The notes under the pieces are model-generated. The model did not search any database and was not told the DNA's origin. It was given only the letters and a program-made list of their open reading frames with translations. A program made the position numbers and the translations under genes. A stretch of DNA of 63,837 bases, counting the filler, from Octopus bimaculoides (Eukaryota): assembly GCF_001194135.2 (NCBI RefSeq). It is 8 parts of 7 records of this genome, joined end to end, with 100 filler letters (N's around TTAATTAATTAA, not from the genome) between each part and the next. Parts side by side here need not be neighbours in the genome. Positions count along the whole stretch, not along the records: positions 1 to 21,299 come from NC_068994.1; positions 21,400 to 33,436 come from NC_068982.1; 6 more parts are not named here. One strand, written 5' to 3'. Of this stretch, positions 11,985-24,099 are shown in pieces. Each line of letters starts with the position of its first letter. Position 1 is the stretch's first letter.

Positions 11985-12870
11985 CGTCTAAGAAATGGAA
12001 GAAACATTTCGTTGAGGTGCTGAATAAAGAATCTAAAGTAGATCCATACCTATATCGAAAATATTCAGCGGAGATCAATTATCTACTCTCTTAATGACCC
12101 ACCTACGAAACAGATAGTACAAATGGGTATTAAGAAGCTCAATCATAGAAAGCTGCGGGAAAAGACTGACTTTCAGTAGAGATTTATAAATCTGTTGATG
12201 AAAGATTAGTAAAAAATCAAGTGCGAGTTACTTTTGGAATTATAGTGGGCAGGTTAAGTACCAAAGAACTGGAAAGAATTATAGTGGGCAGGTTAAGTAC
12301 CAAAGAACTGGAAAGAATTATAGTGGGCAGGTTAAGTACGAAAGAACTGGAAAGAATTATAGTGGGCAGGTTAAGTACCAAAGAACTGGAAAGAATTATA
12401 GTAGGCAGGTTAAGTACCAAAGAACTGGAAAGAATTATAGTGGTTAGGTTAAGTACCAAAGAACTGGAAAGAATTATAGTGGGCAGGTTAAGTACCAAAG
12501 AACTGGAAAGAATTATAGTAGGCAGGTTAAGTATCAAAGAACTGGAAAGAATTATAGTGGGCAGGTTAAGTACCNNNNNNNNNNACTGGAAAGAATTATA
12601 GTGGGCAGGTTAAGTACCAAAGAACTGGAAAGAATTATAGTAGGCAGGTTAAGTATCAAAGAACTGGAAAGAATTATAGTGGGCAGGTTAAGTACCAAAG
12701 AACTGGAAAGAAGCCATAATAATACAATTATATTTACGAGATGATTGCGGAAATTATAGTGGAACAGCACTGCGTTGTGTGGCAGGGAAGATACTGGCCT
12801 CGATCATTCTATGAAGATTAAACAATAATATAACAAACCTGATCTTGCCAGAATCTCAATGCGTTTGCCA
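11985..12870 (+). mobile_element. RTE-clade LINE RT fragment, inverted relative to 11280-11980, containing a minisatellite
   Basis: KWKKHFVEVLN..., KAAGKD, VPKNWKEAIIIQLY...CGNYSGTALRCVAGKILASII. Confidence 0.75.
12237..12712 (+). repeat. 39-bp minisatellite, about 12 copies
   Basis: Unit GAATTATAGTGGGCAGGTTAAGTACCAAAGAACTGGAAA with few substitutions; 10-N gap inside. Confidence 0.95.
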
Positions 12871-13282
12871 AAATCACAATGAAGTAAGTTATGGGGATGT
12901 AAATCAGTAAGTTATGGGGATGTAAATAAACGAACAGTAGTTGTGAAGCAGTGATGAGGGAGAAACACAGAGACAAAGACAGACCCATTCACTTACATAT
13001 ATACATACTTATACACACATATATATACTAAGGTGGTGATCTGGCAGAAACGTTAGCACGCCGGGCGAAATGCTTAGCGGTATTTCGTCTGCCGCTACGT
13101 TCTGAGTTCAAATTCCGCCGAGGTCGACTTTGCCTTTCATCCTTTCGGGGTCGATTAAATAAGTACCAGTTACGCACTTAATAATCGACTTAATCCGTTT
13201 GTCTGTCCTTGTTTGTCCCCTCTGTGTGTAGCCCGTTGTGGGTAGTAAAGAAACGATACATACATATATATATACGATTGAT

Positions 13283-13437
13283 TTCTTTCAGTTTATGTCT
13301 ACAAAATCCACTCACAAGGCTTTGGTTGGTCTGAGGCTATAGCAGAAGACACATGCCAAGTCACCACACAGTAGGACTGAACCCAGGACCACATGTTTTG
13401 GAACCAAGTTTTTTACCACACAGCCACATCTGTACCT
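13283..13437 (-). mobile_element. Second tRNA-derived SINE family (head AGGCGCAGGAGTGGCTGTGTGGTAAG)
   Basis: GGGTTCAGTCCC B box; other copies at 29190-29370(-), 36110-36168(-), 56530-56690(+), 62590-62755(-). Confidence 0.8.
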
Positions 13438-13561
13438 ATGTATGTGCGCGCGCGCGCGTATGTGTGGGTGTATGAGTGTATATATGTATGCATGTATATA
13501 TGCGTATATATATGTGTACATATTACATGTACATCTATATATATACATGTATATATATCCA

Positions 13562-13653
<92 letters not shown>

Positions 13654-13859
13654 TAATATCTGTATATATATAAGTAAGTATATATGTATGTATGCCTGTA
13701 TATATGTGAGATAATAGTTTCATTTCAATAGTTTCAGTATTAAAGTGAAACTATGAAAGTGAAAATATCTGACATAACAATAGAGTGATGTTATTGTTTC
13801 ACTTTTGACATGTAGTACTGAAATAGTGGAGGAGATATGATATTGCTCTGGGCTCGTAC

Positions 13860-14010
13860 TAGGCGAGAAGTTAAAATTTTTTTAGCCTAAGAAACTACAT
13901 GGACCCTAAGTAAGGCATGTGTAAAATTTGAATGAAATTGGTTGTGTAGTTCTCAAGTTTTAGGGATTCACACAGAGAGACAGACAAACAGACACACATT
14001 CTCATCTTTA
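13860..14010. mobile_element. Possible non-autonomous Helitron/DINE-like fragment
   Basis: AAATTTGAATGAAATTGGTTGTGTAGTTCTCAAGTTTTAG followed by ACAGACAAACAGAC resembles DINE/HINE-type internal motifs. Confidence 0.35.
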
Positions 14011-14509
14011 TATATNNNNNNNNNNNNNNNNNNNNNNNNNNNNNNNNNNNNNNNNNNNNNNNNNNNNNNNNNNNNNNNNNNNNNNNNNNNNNNNNNNNNN
14101 NNNNNNNNNNNNNNNNNNNNNNNNNNNNNNNNNNNNNNNNNNNNNNNNNNNNNNNNNNNNNNNNNNNNNNNNNNNNNNNNNNNNNNNNNNNNNNNNNNNN
14201 NNNNNNNNNNNNNNNNNNNNNNNNNNNNNNNNNNNNNNNNNNNNNNNNTATATATATATATATATATAATATACATATACATAATACATACATACATACA
14301 TGCACATAGTTATAGATGCTCGCGCACACATACATACATATACATACACACACACATACACACACACACACATATATACATACAGATATATACATACAGA
14401 TATATACATATACACATACACGCACAAATATATATATATACACTCATGCATACACATACATACTTAGACATACACTCATGTGCACACACGTGCATTACAC
14501 AATCACTAA

Positions 14510-15960
14510 TACGGCATCGTTGGGACCTGGAGAATGCCAGACTAGTGATTTTTCCGGATTATCGATTGATTAAGTATGGTAGGTTAGGTGAGGTTAGGTA
14601 AAATACCCCGTAAATCAGTACTAGTTGGTTTATACGGAAAAGAGAAACATCAAACGAAATTGTAGTGAAATTTTTATGAAATTAAATGAAATTTTAATAA
14701 AACCGAAGTAAAATGAGCGGTAAAGTACTGGTACATTAATTCTGTTGACTACGCAGAGGTCATCACTGAGGTGAGAGGATATCAGGATTGGTATCTTCTT
14801 GAGGTGAAGGGCTGTCAGGACTCCCATCTTCATCATTTTGGTAGGTGAGTGGAATATCAGTAACTGATGGTGATGGTGGCAGCACTTCTGGGCGAGGTAA
14901 TATTGAAAGGCACTAGATTTCCAAGTGATGACTCCTCTGTTGTACACTTACTAGTGTTTTTTTGTTTCTTTTTTAACATATCTTGCAAGCTAAGCTGTTT
15001 TATACATTTTGGCCTTTCTTTGATCAGTTTATCCTGCAGCATATAAATGTTCATTATTTCTTGCTCACTTACAAAACTGAGTTGTTTTAGACCTTTTAGT
15101 TCACCTGTTTAGCTGAATTAACCGGTTAATAGAAACTCTTTCTTTTACATCTTCCTCATTTTATACATACATTCAAATACACTGTCTTACTGCTAGGAGT
15201 TTACAACCATCTGCACTATTTCTTGGTCAGAATAATGATGAACAACAGCTGCATTTGCAGCTGATTTTCAACTGCATTTTCACCATTCACGGCACGAATC
15301 TTTAACTCATGTCGATCCTTTAACCCAGCCTTCACTGTAAACACACTCGTATTCCAGTCTGAGTTCTTTGTAGAATGTTTTTGCTTTTCCTTCACAAGAT
15401 CACTTGACAGCTCAACACCTTCACTTTCACGCAATCTAAATCACTTCATCAATGCGTGATCTAGTTCTACACTTATACCAACCTTCATTATTTTCTTTTT
15501 ACACATTTGTTCCTTTGACATAGCAAAGAAACGGAGTAATTGGTCTTTCTGTTTTGTTTTTTTTTGTCGTAAACTGCCGAAGATCCAACGTTGTATAATT
15601 CACGCAAACTTTCCACAAACACACTACTGTCAAGTTTTTTCAACAGTTCAACTTTTTCTTTTATGGACAATGTACAGTGTTTACGCTTTACACACACGAG
15701 AACCGTGGTTTCCTTTATGCATTGGAACCATGGCTGGGGCTAAAAGTGAAAAAGGCATAATAATAAACGAAAAAAAGAAAAAAAAAACTAGAAAGGCCTG
15801 CCTTTGTTTACAAATGATGCGTGTGTGTTTATACAGCAAGTGGCGCCGAGAAATCGTAGCGGGCGATTGGTGCGACGACCTGGGAAATTTGAAATTATTT
15901 GAAATCTTTCTAGTCGAATTAATGCTGAATTACTGACTGAACCAGATTACAGACTGCCAG
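14510..15960 (-). mobile_element. Tigger/pogo-like DNA transposon remnant
   Basis: KRKHCTLSIKEKVELLKKLDSSVFVESLRELYNVGSSAVYDKKKQ is a CENP-B-type HTH; partial second copy at 17460-17550. Confidence 0.7.
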
Positions 15961-16329
15961 ATTAATGATTGTGAACTGTATATTGTGAACTGTATATATA
16001 TNNNNNNNNNNNNNNNNNNNNNNNNNNNNNNNNNNNNNNNNNNNNNNNNNNNNNNNNNNNNNNNNNNNNNNNNNNNNNNNNNNNNNNNNNNNNNNNATAT
16101 ATATATATATATATATACGTATATTAATGGCCGGGCTCCAACCTGGGCGGCAGCAAGCAGAGTCTACCTGTAGCACTTCTTGGTCCAACATCACTGTCTC
16201 GAGAGCCTGAATACATTGTAGACCAGTGTTTTGCGATCAAGTTGTCGATGTAAGTCATCCTTCGAGCGTATGTCATTCCAGAAGAACTAGAAGACCAGAG
16301 CTCGTGTGTTATCCAGAAGACCAGAGCTC

Positions 16330-16555
16330 GTGTGTTATCCAGAAGACCAGAGCTCGTGTGTTATCATTTGACAGAGAAATGGAAGTTTTTCAATTACTAG
16401 TTGGGGCGTTACAAGGAGACACGCTTGCACCTTACTTGGTTGTAGTTGTATGGGATTATGCAATGCAACAGTCTATAGACAACAGCGACGAAGACCTTGG
16501 TTTCATCATTGACCAGCAAAGATGGTGGAGAGTACCAGCAGTAACCATCACATAC
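16330..16555 (+). mobile_element. RTE-like RT fragment
   Basis: FQLLVGALQGDTLAPYLVVVVWDYAM (GVLQGDTLAPYLF motif); preceded by three 26-bp tandem units at 16292-16365. Confidence 0.75.
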
Positions 16556-17430
16556 CTGGATACCAAGTACAGTATAAAGAGGAGGATTTTAGAGAGATGT
16601 AAAGCATACTTCCATAGCAGCAGGAAGTGAAGATTATGTATTACTGAGAAAAGAGCGTTATTAAAGAGCTCTCAACACCCAGGCATCTACTTGAAGAGCA
16701 GAAATGAAATTTTTAATCCTTGTCACATGAAAGGATGCACATCCTATCACATCTTCATGCTCCATCATGATTATAACCACCAGTCCCCCAGCTTCGGCCC
16801 TCACCCCACCAATACCTGGGAATCCGGCAAAGAATTTGACTAGAGCATGCACAAATGCACTTACAAACACACACACCCTATCACGGCAGATATCCACGCA
16901 GCAGACCCTTTTCCATCACCCCGATATAAACCCCCCACATGTATTGTATCTCTACACACATTCCGTGCATACATAAATGCCCCAAGAATTTAACCAAAGG
17001 TTTTAATCAAAACAAAAGAAAGAAAACACAATAACGAACACAGATGTGTATGCTGCCTATGCCCTCCCCCTAAAGCACTACACAAATAGTACCACTACAC
17101 ACATTACATTTCTACAAGAACACCAACCTTAAAAATACACACATTTCCCATACACTGTTTCCCAAAAACTCTTGTCGCCTTGCAACACCCCCAGAGATGA
17201 TGTTTTTGTACCAAGAGACTTAACTCTTAACTTAACCCTTGCTCGTTTCGTTTCATCGTCTTTTTCACAGCAACCACAGATATGTCTGTTCCCCTCCAGC
17301 AATAGAGAACAGTCGCCATAATTCATTCGACAACTGCCATCTCTGAAGAGCGCAAGGTTACATAATCGGACACTTACCTAACACTCCGGTGGATCACTAG
17401 TGCGAAACCAATCGATAAGATCGGCCGTAA
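16555..17430 (+). mobile_element. PLE 3' end (GIY-YIG C-terminus plus 3' repeat with HHR)
   Basis: KYSIKRRILERCKAY..., LCITEKRALLKS...LKSRNEIFNPCH fit the PLE C-terminal W-IL...C-LC..EK...LN.R.E....C.H pattern. Confidence 0.65.
17337..17424 (+). ncRNA. Type-I hammerhead ribozyme, partly decayed
   Basis: Helix I CCAUCU/AGAU(C)GG; CUGAAGA 17343-17349; helix II GCGC/GUGC; GAAA 17404-17407; helix III ACCAAUCGAU (2 transitions from palindrome ACCAAUUGGU); H17 = A17417. Confidence 0.6.
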
Positions 17431-17682
17431 TGGATTAATGCGTAACGTAGTTCTATACTTATACCAGCCTTCATTGTTTTCCTTTTACACACTGTTAGCA
17501 AAGAAACGGAGTAACTGGTCTTCCTGTTTTTTTTTTATGCCGTAAACTGTCGAAGATATATAATACTGCACACTTCGATTAATATATATATATATATATA
17601 TATATACTATTAATAATGATCAGGAGAACAGAGATTTTTCATATTCATAATTTTATTTAACATTTACTTACAGCATCTTTAG

Positions 17683-17768
17683 GGACCTACATGTGTTTCA
17701 ACTGCAGAAATTGCACACTGTTGCATATGCAACCTAGAATCATAGTCGATGCAGTTACATCAGGGTCC
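17683..17768 (-). ncRNA. Type-I hammerhead ribozyme (A9 changed to U)
   Basis: Helix I GGACC/GGUCC; core CUGAUGU; 7-bp helix II AACUGCA/UGCAGUU; GAAA; helix III ACA-CA-UGU; UA site. Confidence 0.7.
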
Positions 17769-17949
17769 TTACCCTCTGCCGTTTCAAAGTAAATCTCAAC
17801 GAAACAACAAACTGAAGGAAAAAAGTATTTTGGAGGTATGGATGCCACTATTAATAGTTGTAGGAATCTTGACCTGAGGTTCACCTCTATCAAATGTGGT
17901 GGGTGAAGCGAAACATAGTCCTAAAAATAGGTCACGGTTGGATTGAATG

Positions 17950-18900
17950 TTTATGTATATTTATCATTAATATAAAACGTTTACCATTCCACTCGTTTCA
18001 AAGAGAATATTCTTAGTGTAGAGGTATATTATTATGTTTAATTTATTCTTTGGTTCTCGGTTCCTCAATTGTTATTATAATGATTTTTATTATAATAAAG
18101 TGTAATGTGTTTATTTAAATTGTTTGAATGTAAATTTTCTTGTATGAATGCATCTAAGACCACGTTCCTGCCTTGTGTTTATAAGATTAAATTTAGAAGT
18201 GAAAATTTGGTACATTTCATCTACGCAAGAGTCGTATCTTTTACCCCTAATAATACCGCAGCCTATAGAATATATTTTGCTACTATCTTTCAACGACCAA
18301 ATTAACTTACTAAGGCTAGTGTTATTTTTTTTGCCCCTGTATCTCAAAGAATTTTCATTGTTAGTTATTCTTTGTTTAATAAAGCGTGAGCTAGCACCTA
18401 TATAGAAATACTCTTTGTCTCTTGAGGTAGATTTGCACTTGTAAACCATATTTTTAGTCTGGGCCCTGATACAGGCCCTTTGCTGGTCTTGGTAAATATT
18501 TTGCTTATTTGTTCTCGGATGCGTAATCTTACAAAATCATATGAATCTGCTCCATCACATGATCCTATGGTGGCATAAACACCCCTCCAAGATTTCTTAG
18601 AAATAAACAATCTCCAACAGCACCATTCGTCAGGGATATCATTAATTAATATGTCTTTAATTACTTTTTCAAATAACGCACTCATAAACAACCTTTCTCA
18701 AAACATTTGCAGACACACATTTTCACAACAGCATGACCATCTCACAGGAAAATTCTAAACAAATTAAGCAACCTCCCACCTACACTAGCAAGAAATGCAA
18801 CAACCACATCAGAAAAATAACATAAACAACCAATGCAGTGGACAGAAAAGCACCACCTAACCAATAAACATGAAAATTTAACAAATGAAGAAACACAGGC
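17950..18900 (-). mobile_element. Degenerate PLE (RT remnant + GIY-YIG endonuclease)
   Basis: VYKCKSTSRDKEYFYIGASSRFIKQRITNNENSLRY...TSLSKLIWSLK (GIY-YIG); YATIGSCDGADSYDFV resembles the PLE RT motif DVTMGSYDGAE. Confidence 0.8.
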
Positions 18901-19080
18901 ATGAGTCAAAAAAATGTAAATAGACAACCAACAACCAGTTGTAATGAGTTGTTTCGCTTGAAGATCACAGTAGCGTCAAGTCCGAGTCGCGAAACAACCT
19001 CTCAGTTTCAGTTTCAATAAAAAATGACTATACAACATGCACTGAGCACCCCACTCTTATTCACCCTACATAAACCAACG

Positions 19081-19145
<65 letters not shown>

Positions 19146-19162
19146 GTCTGTCTGTCTATCTG

Positions 19163-19221
<59 letters not shown>

Positions 19222-19255
19222 GTCTGTCTGTCTATCTATCTATCTNNNNNNNNNN

Positions 19256-19298
<43 letters not shown>

Positions 19299-19881
19299 TT
19301 GTGCCAAGATAGATAAATTATGTGCGAACAGCTGATCAAAAAAGAATTTAATAAAAAAATTGACCGAAAAATCTGTGCTCGAATTATAGCAAATATTCAA
19401 ATAATTTTTTTGTAAAATGCCATAAAGATATATCAACATAAATTTCAGCCGTTTTCAAACTATACACATAAACCTGACACAACCACCTGCATCTACTGTG
19501 CAGTATTTCAATAACAAAAAATATTTCGATAAAACGCGACAATATAACTGTCTTTTAGCTTATTTTCCGTATTTCGAATATTTGTGATAATTCAATTAAT
19601 TGTTGTATCATGCAACTTTTTCTTCGATCAGTTGTTTTCCAAGAAACGATTTTCGATCAATTGTTAATAATATACTCGTACACACACATACATACATACA
19701 TACATACATACATACATAAACACACATATATACACGCGCACACACACATACACACACACATATAATGTATGTATATATTAATAATAATAATATGACAACA
19801 AAAGAATGAATGAGACCTCGATATTATGTAAATAGACGAATTCATCTATAATATAATAAGTGACTATTAGTCGGTTGCCAT

Positions 19882-19942
19882 AATATAACTCAGAGTTTCG
19901 GATGTGGGGATGGAATTCTGCCCCTGCATCTCGTCAGTTATT
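19882..19942 (-). ncRNA. Hammerhead ribozyme in left arm
   Basis: AAUAA-CUGACGA-GAUG...CAUC-C-GAAA-CUCUGAG-UU-AUAUU; helix III ACUC-U-GAGU. Confidence 0.7.
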
Positions 19943-21166
19943 AAGAAAAACAAAAGAGCTATGAGAATGGCTGTTAAATAAAGGGAAATTACCCGAATAG
20001 GGAGAAAGTAAAAATACTCGAAGAAGGTAAGCCCACGCTCATAGAATCCGCGTATGCGCGCATGTACATACATATGCGCGCACGCACAACCACGTGCATG
20101 TGCATATATGCATATTCTCACTCACACTCGCGTGAAACACATGCATGCACACCCACACACACCCATATGTATACATATATATGTATCCATACACATGTAC
20201 ACATATACATACCCGCACGCACGCACACACACAGGTATATATACCCATACGCGCACAATTATGTTCATATACACGTCTCTATATGCACATGCACAAATAT
20301 GCAGGGTGAAAGGTAATGTACAGAAAAAATATATAAAAATATATAAAGCAATAAAATATATAAATATATATATAAAACAATGTAAAAATATAAGAATATA
20401 TATGTAAGAAATGAAATGCTTGTATGGGAAAGTGTGATCTTTGTGATATGGAAAGATGGCTCATCTGGAAAAACAGCTTAGACTCCGCTGCATGTCTAAA
20501 TTCAAGAACTGAACTTTTTGGATCATGTCCACATATAACTAAATATTTGTTACGTTTTTGGTCCCCCCAAGATTACAGATAGAACCTGCTTTTTATATTG
20601 TGTCCACGTACAAGCATTTCATTTCTTACATATATATTCTTATATTTTTACATATTTTTATATATATTTTTATATACTTTATTGCTTTATATATTTTTAT
20701 ATATCTTTTTCTGTACATTACCTTTCACCCTGCATATTTGTGCATGTGCATATAGAGACGTGTATATGAACATAATTGTGCGCGTATGGGTATATACATG
20801 TGCATGCGTGCTTGTGTGCGGGTATGTATATGTGTACATGTGTATGGATGCATATATATGTATACATATGGGTGTTTGTGTGGGTGTGCATGTATGTGCT
20901 TCACGCGAGTGTGAGTGAGCATATGCATATATGCACATGCACGTGGGTGTGCGTGCGCGTGTGTGTATGTATGTGCATGCGCGCATACGCGGATTCTATG
21001 AGCATGGGTTTACCTTCTTCGAGTATTTTTACTTTCTCCCTATTCGGGTGATTTCCCTTTATTTAACGGTCATTCTCATAGCTCTTTTGTTTGTCTTAAT
21101 AACGGTCATCTTCATAGTAATTTCTCTTTATTTAACAGTCATTTTCATAGCATTTTTGTTTGTCTT

Positions 21167-21227
21167 AGTAACTGAAGCGATGCCGGAGCAGAATTCCGCC
21201 CCGACATCCGAAACTCTGAGTTTTATT
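21167..21227 (+). ncRNA. Hammerhead ribozyme in right arm (A9 changed to C)
   Basis: AGUAA-CUGAAGC-GAUG...CAUC-C-GAAA-CUCUGAG-UU-UUAUU; helix I AGUAA/UUAUU. Confidence 0.6.
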
Positions 21228-21452
21228 ATGGCAACTGACTAATTGTCACTTATTACATTATAGATAAATTCCTGCATGTATGTATATATATATATATATN
21301 NNNNNNNNNNNNNNNNNNNNNNNNNNNNNNNNNNNNNNNNNNNTTAATTAATTAANNNNNNNNNNNNNNNNNNNNNNNNNNNNNNNNNNNNNNNNNNNNG
21401 ATAGAAAAATAATAGATTTATAAGCCTTAAAATTCACCCCATAACTGCCCAC

Positions 21453-21715
21453 GGGCATATGGCGTAGTGGTTAAGAGCGCGGGCTACTAACCCCAAGGTT
21501 CCGAGCTCGATTCACGGCAGCGACCTGATTAATAATAATAATAATATAATAATAATAATAGTAACATCGATAGGAATGAGAACCCAGGTTCGAAATTTCC
21601 CCAAGACACCTGACGAAGGCTGGAGGGTATATCAGCCGAAACGTTGTGTTAACAACAAACAAGATGAGGACGAATATCCGTCAAATGTAGATAATGTAAA
21701 TAATGTAAATAATTC
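21453..21715 (+). mobile_element. tRNA-headed HHR unit, copy 2
   Basis: Near-identical to 432-705; HHR at 21605-21650 with core CUGACGA. Confidence 0.85.
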
Positions 21716-22739
21716 CTCATCTCTTAAATATAGAACTGTATTAATAAATGTCTGTTTTAAGCAATGTTTAGACTGTTATTTCTAGCAACTCCTGTTGATT
21801 TGCTTGTAGCTTTTAAATATTTAATTTGTTCGCGAATCTTTTTATGTTTTTCACTGTTTATTGTAGCCAGTTAAATGTTTTGACATGCCGGTGCTCCCCT
21901 CCTCCGACTCTTTCTCACTACTGTGACAGATGATGGAAGAAGCAACGAACGCGCTGTTTTCTGATCGGCTGAAAATTCTGAAAAGGATCAAACTTTGAAC
22001 ACCTATAACATTTTTGCTAAATGTTTCTGCAATAAATGAATAAAAAATTCAGATTCAGCGCCACAAATTACATTAATATGACGATACATTATGAATTTTT
22101 TTTTAAGATTTCGACATGCAGTGACGATAACTAGAAAGATCCAAGTCTTGTAATACTACTTTCGTTACAAGAAAACACCTTTCAGTGCCAAAAGAAACTA
22201 AAGGAGGTTTTGGAGAGGAAGGATTAACTGATATTATTTGCAGGAATAAGACTTAAGCGAATTTAAATAACCAGTCTTCGTCGATACAAAATTAATTGTA
22301 AAATCTCTCAATCCTTTTGGTAACATGTAACATGTTTAGTTAAACGTACTTTAAAGTGTAAAGTTATCGCATTTCAACATTTCTTTAAGGAAACTAATGA
22401 GTAAAATATAATGAAAAATTGGAAATCTTAAATTGCTTATTCCTTCAAACGTTCAGTTATGTGTCAGCTAATTGAATTGAGGCGGGTCAAAGAACAAAAC
22501 TGAACTGAAATGTTTAGTAGTTACGCCAGACAAAATATTTCAATTTTACTAACAATGACATTCTGGTTCGAGATTGTGAGAATATTAAATGAAAGTTTCA
22601 AAACTAATTAAGCTAATCAGCAGTAGATAATTTGTTACAAAGATTTCCAATTACTCTGGCTGAAAATATCTCATTGTTCCTTTATGCGACAAAGACTTCT
22701 AGACTTTGCTTTCTTTTAAGTTCAGCATTCTTTACAGAT

Positions 22740-23760
22740 ATTTGACCCGTCAACAGTTGTTTGACTTTCATTTGTCTTGCATTGAGGAATCCATTTCATT
22801 TCGCATCTCTCTGATGTCATTATTTCTAGTGGTGTCAACGTCTACAACTCTCTTGGTTATTATTTACTCACATACCGACGCTACTGGTGCTGATGTTAAA
22901 TCAACCGTTATTCTACACAGTTAATAACCTCACTCACCCTTATCTATGTCAAACGCATTGGCTCTCTAAAAACCATTCACTTTCTATATTTCTTTCAGCT
23001 CCATCTTTTAATAGATCAGAACTGTTTCTTGACAAACTAGGCCGTCTGTCTATCGCCTAGTCAAGGCAATAAAACACTTAATGCTTTGACAATTAGATAC
23101 TTCAATTCAGTTTACTGGCCTGAGTTCAACTATTTCTGTTCCATTTATCTCCAAGAGAATAATATGAGTCATCCCGATCCTATCCGAGAGAGCTGGAGCT
23201 GGTTAACAAAGCTATCCACCAAGTTATGGCTCTCCATATTTTTCATAAAATCAGAACACTTGTATGTATCTTAAGCTACCACGAATGATTCAATCGTAGC
23301 TTTGCCGCAGCGATTCAGACAAAACACACTGCCTAAAACAGATGGAAGAATTACACCACCACCACCACCAACAACAACAACAACCGTTGATTCATCATAA
23401 AAATTACTGCTAAACAACTATCAGAAAAACAAAGGATGTTTCTATGCACCACAAAACCTGCAAAGTTCCAATTCTCTCAGTAGTCTTCTGATTTCTTGCT
23501 AAGACAGCTTCTTCGAAGTTAGCAGAATTCTTATACTTTCGTGTCTTCGACTAAGATGGGTCTTGAAGCACCACTCCTGTTGAAAAAACCACCACATTTA
23601 TTTCTTGTTTTGGTTCCGAATCTATACTGCAAACATTAAACAAAATTACTTTACAATCTTTTATTTTTCTGTACTCAATCTGTTTAACCAGCACATACAC
23701 AGTCTTTAAAGAGAAAAACTTATCCTTTCGCTTTAACATAACAAAACAGTTCCCAGCGGT
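22740..23760 (-). mobile_element. Possible very decayed L1/Tx1-type endonuclease fragment
   Basis: Only weak motifs (KVILFNVCS, DFMKNMESHNLVDSF). Confidence 0.25.
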
Positions 23761-24099
23761 ATCCTATTTCCTTCAAACAATGTGCACCAAAGATAGGGAA
23801 CTTATTCCTCTCCCCACCACTCGCTCTTTCTCTCTCCCTCTCTCTCCCTCTCTCTCTCCCTCTCTATCTCTATCTCTCTCTCTCTCCTGAGATTTATCGT
23901 AACTCATAGAATCATTCTAGTTTGTCCTCTTCCAAAGCTGAGCAACATCCTTGGTCTATAAACTATACATCTATCATTCTCGCGACAACAGTCGTAAAAC
24001 AACAGCAAAGATTTGCTCTCTTACGTAACAGCCTTGTCATCTTTAGCCTTCGAGAACTAAAACTTATATAATACTGTTGTATTTTATACTAGCAGTCTT

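Larger units (their letters stand above)
19838..21271 (+). mobile_element. PLE insertion with inverted terminal repeats forming a ~1.43-kb foldback
   Basis: Arms 19838-20424 and 20609-21271 are reverse complements (roughly 90% by eye); spacer frame 20424-20582 GKCDLCDMERWLIW...CLNSRTELFGSCPHITKYLL* is a PLE C-terminus. Confidence 0.85.

Noticed and set aside
12217-12601. Repeat-protein ORFs IIVGRLSTKELER / LNLPTIILSSSLV
   Set aside because: By-product of a 39-bp (multiple of 3) minisatellite inside a dead LINE; no splice or start context.
12237-12712. CRISPR-like array
   Set aside because: No unique spacers; head-to-tail repeats in eukaryotic DNA.
18942-18995. GTTGTTTCGC/GCGAAACAAC inverted repeat with GAAAC
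   Set aside because: Real 10-bp hairpin, but no consistent HHR fold on either strand.
21344-21355. TTAATTAATTAA islands inside N runs (also 33481, 35122, 47753, 55797, 57784, 59962)
   Set aside because: Identical 12-mer with stops in all six frames, always padded by Ns: an assembly spacer, not biology.
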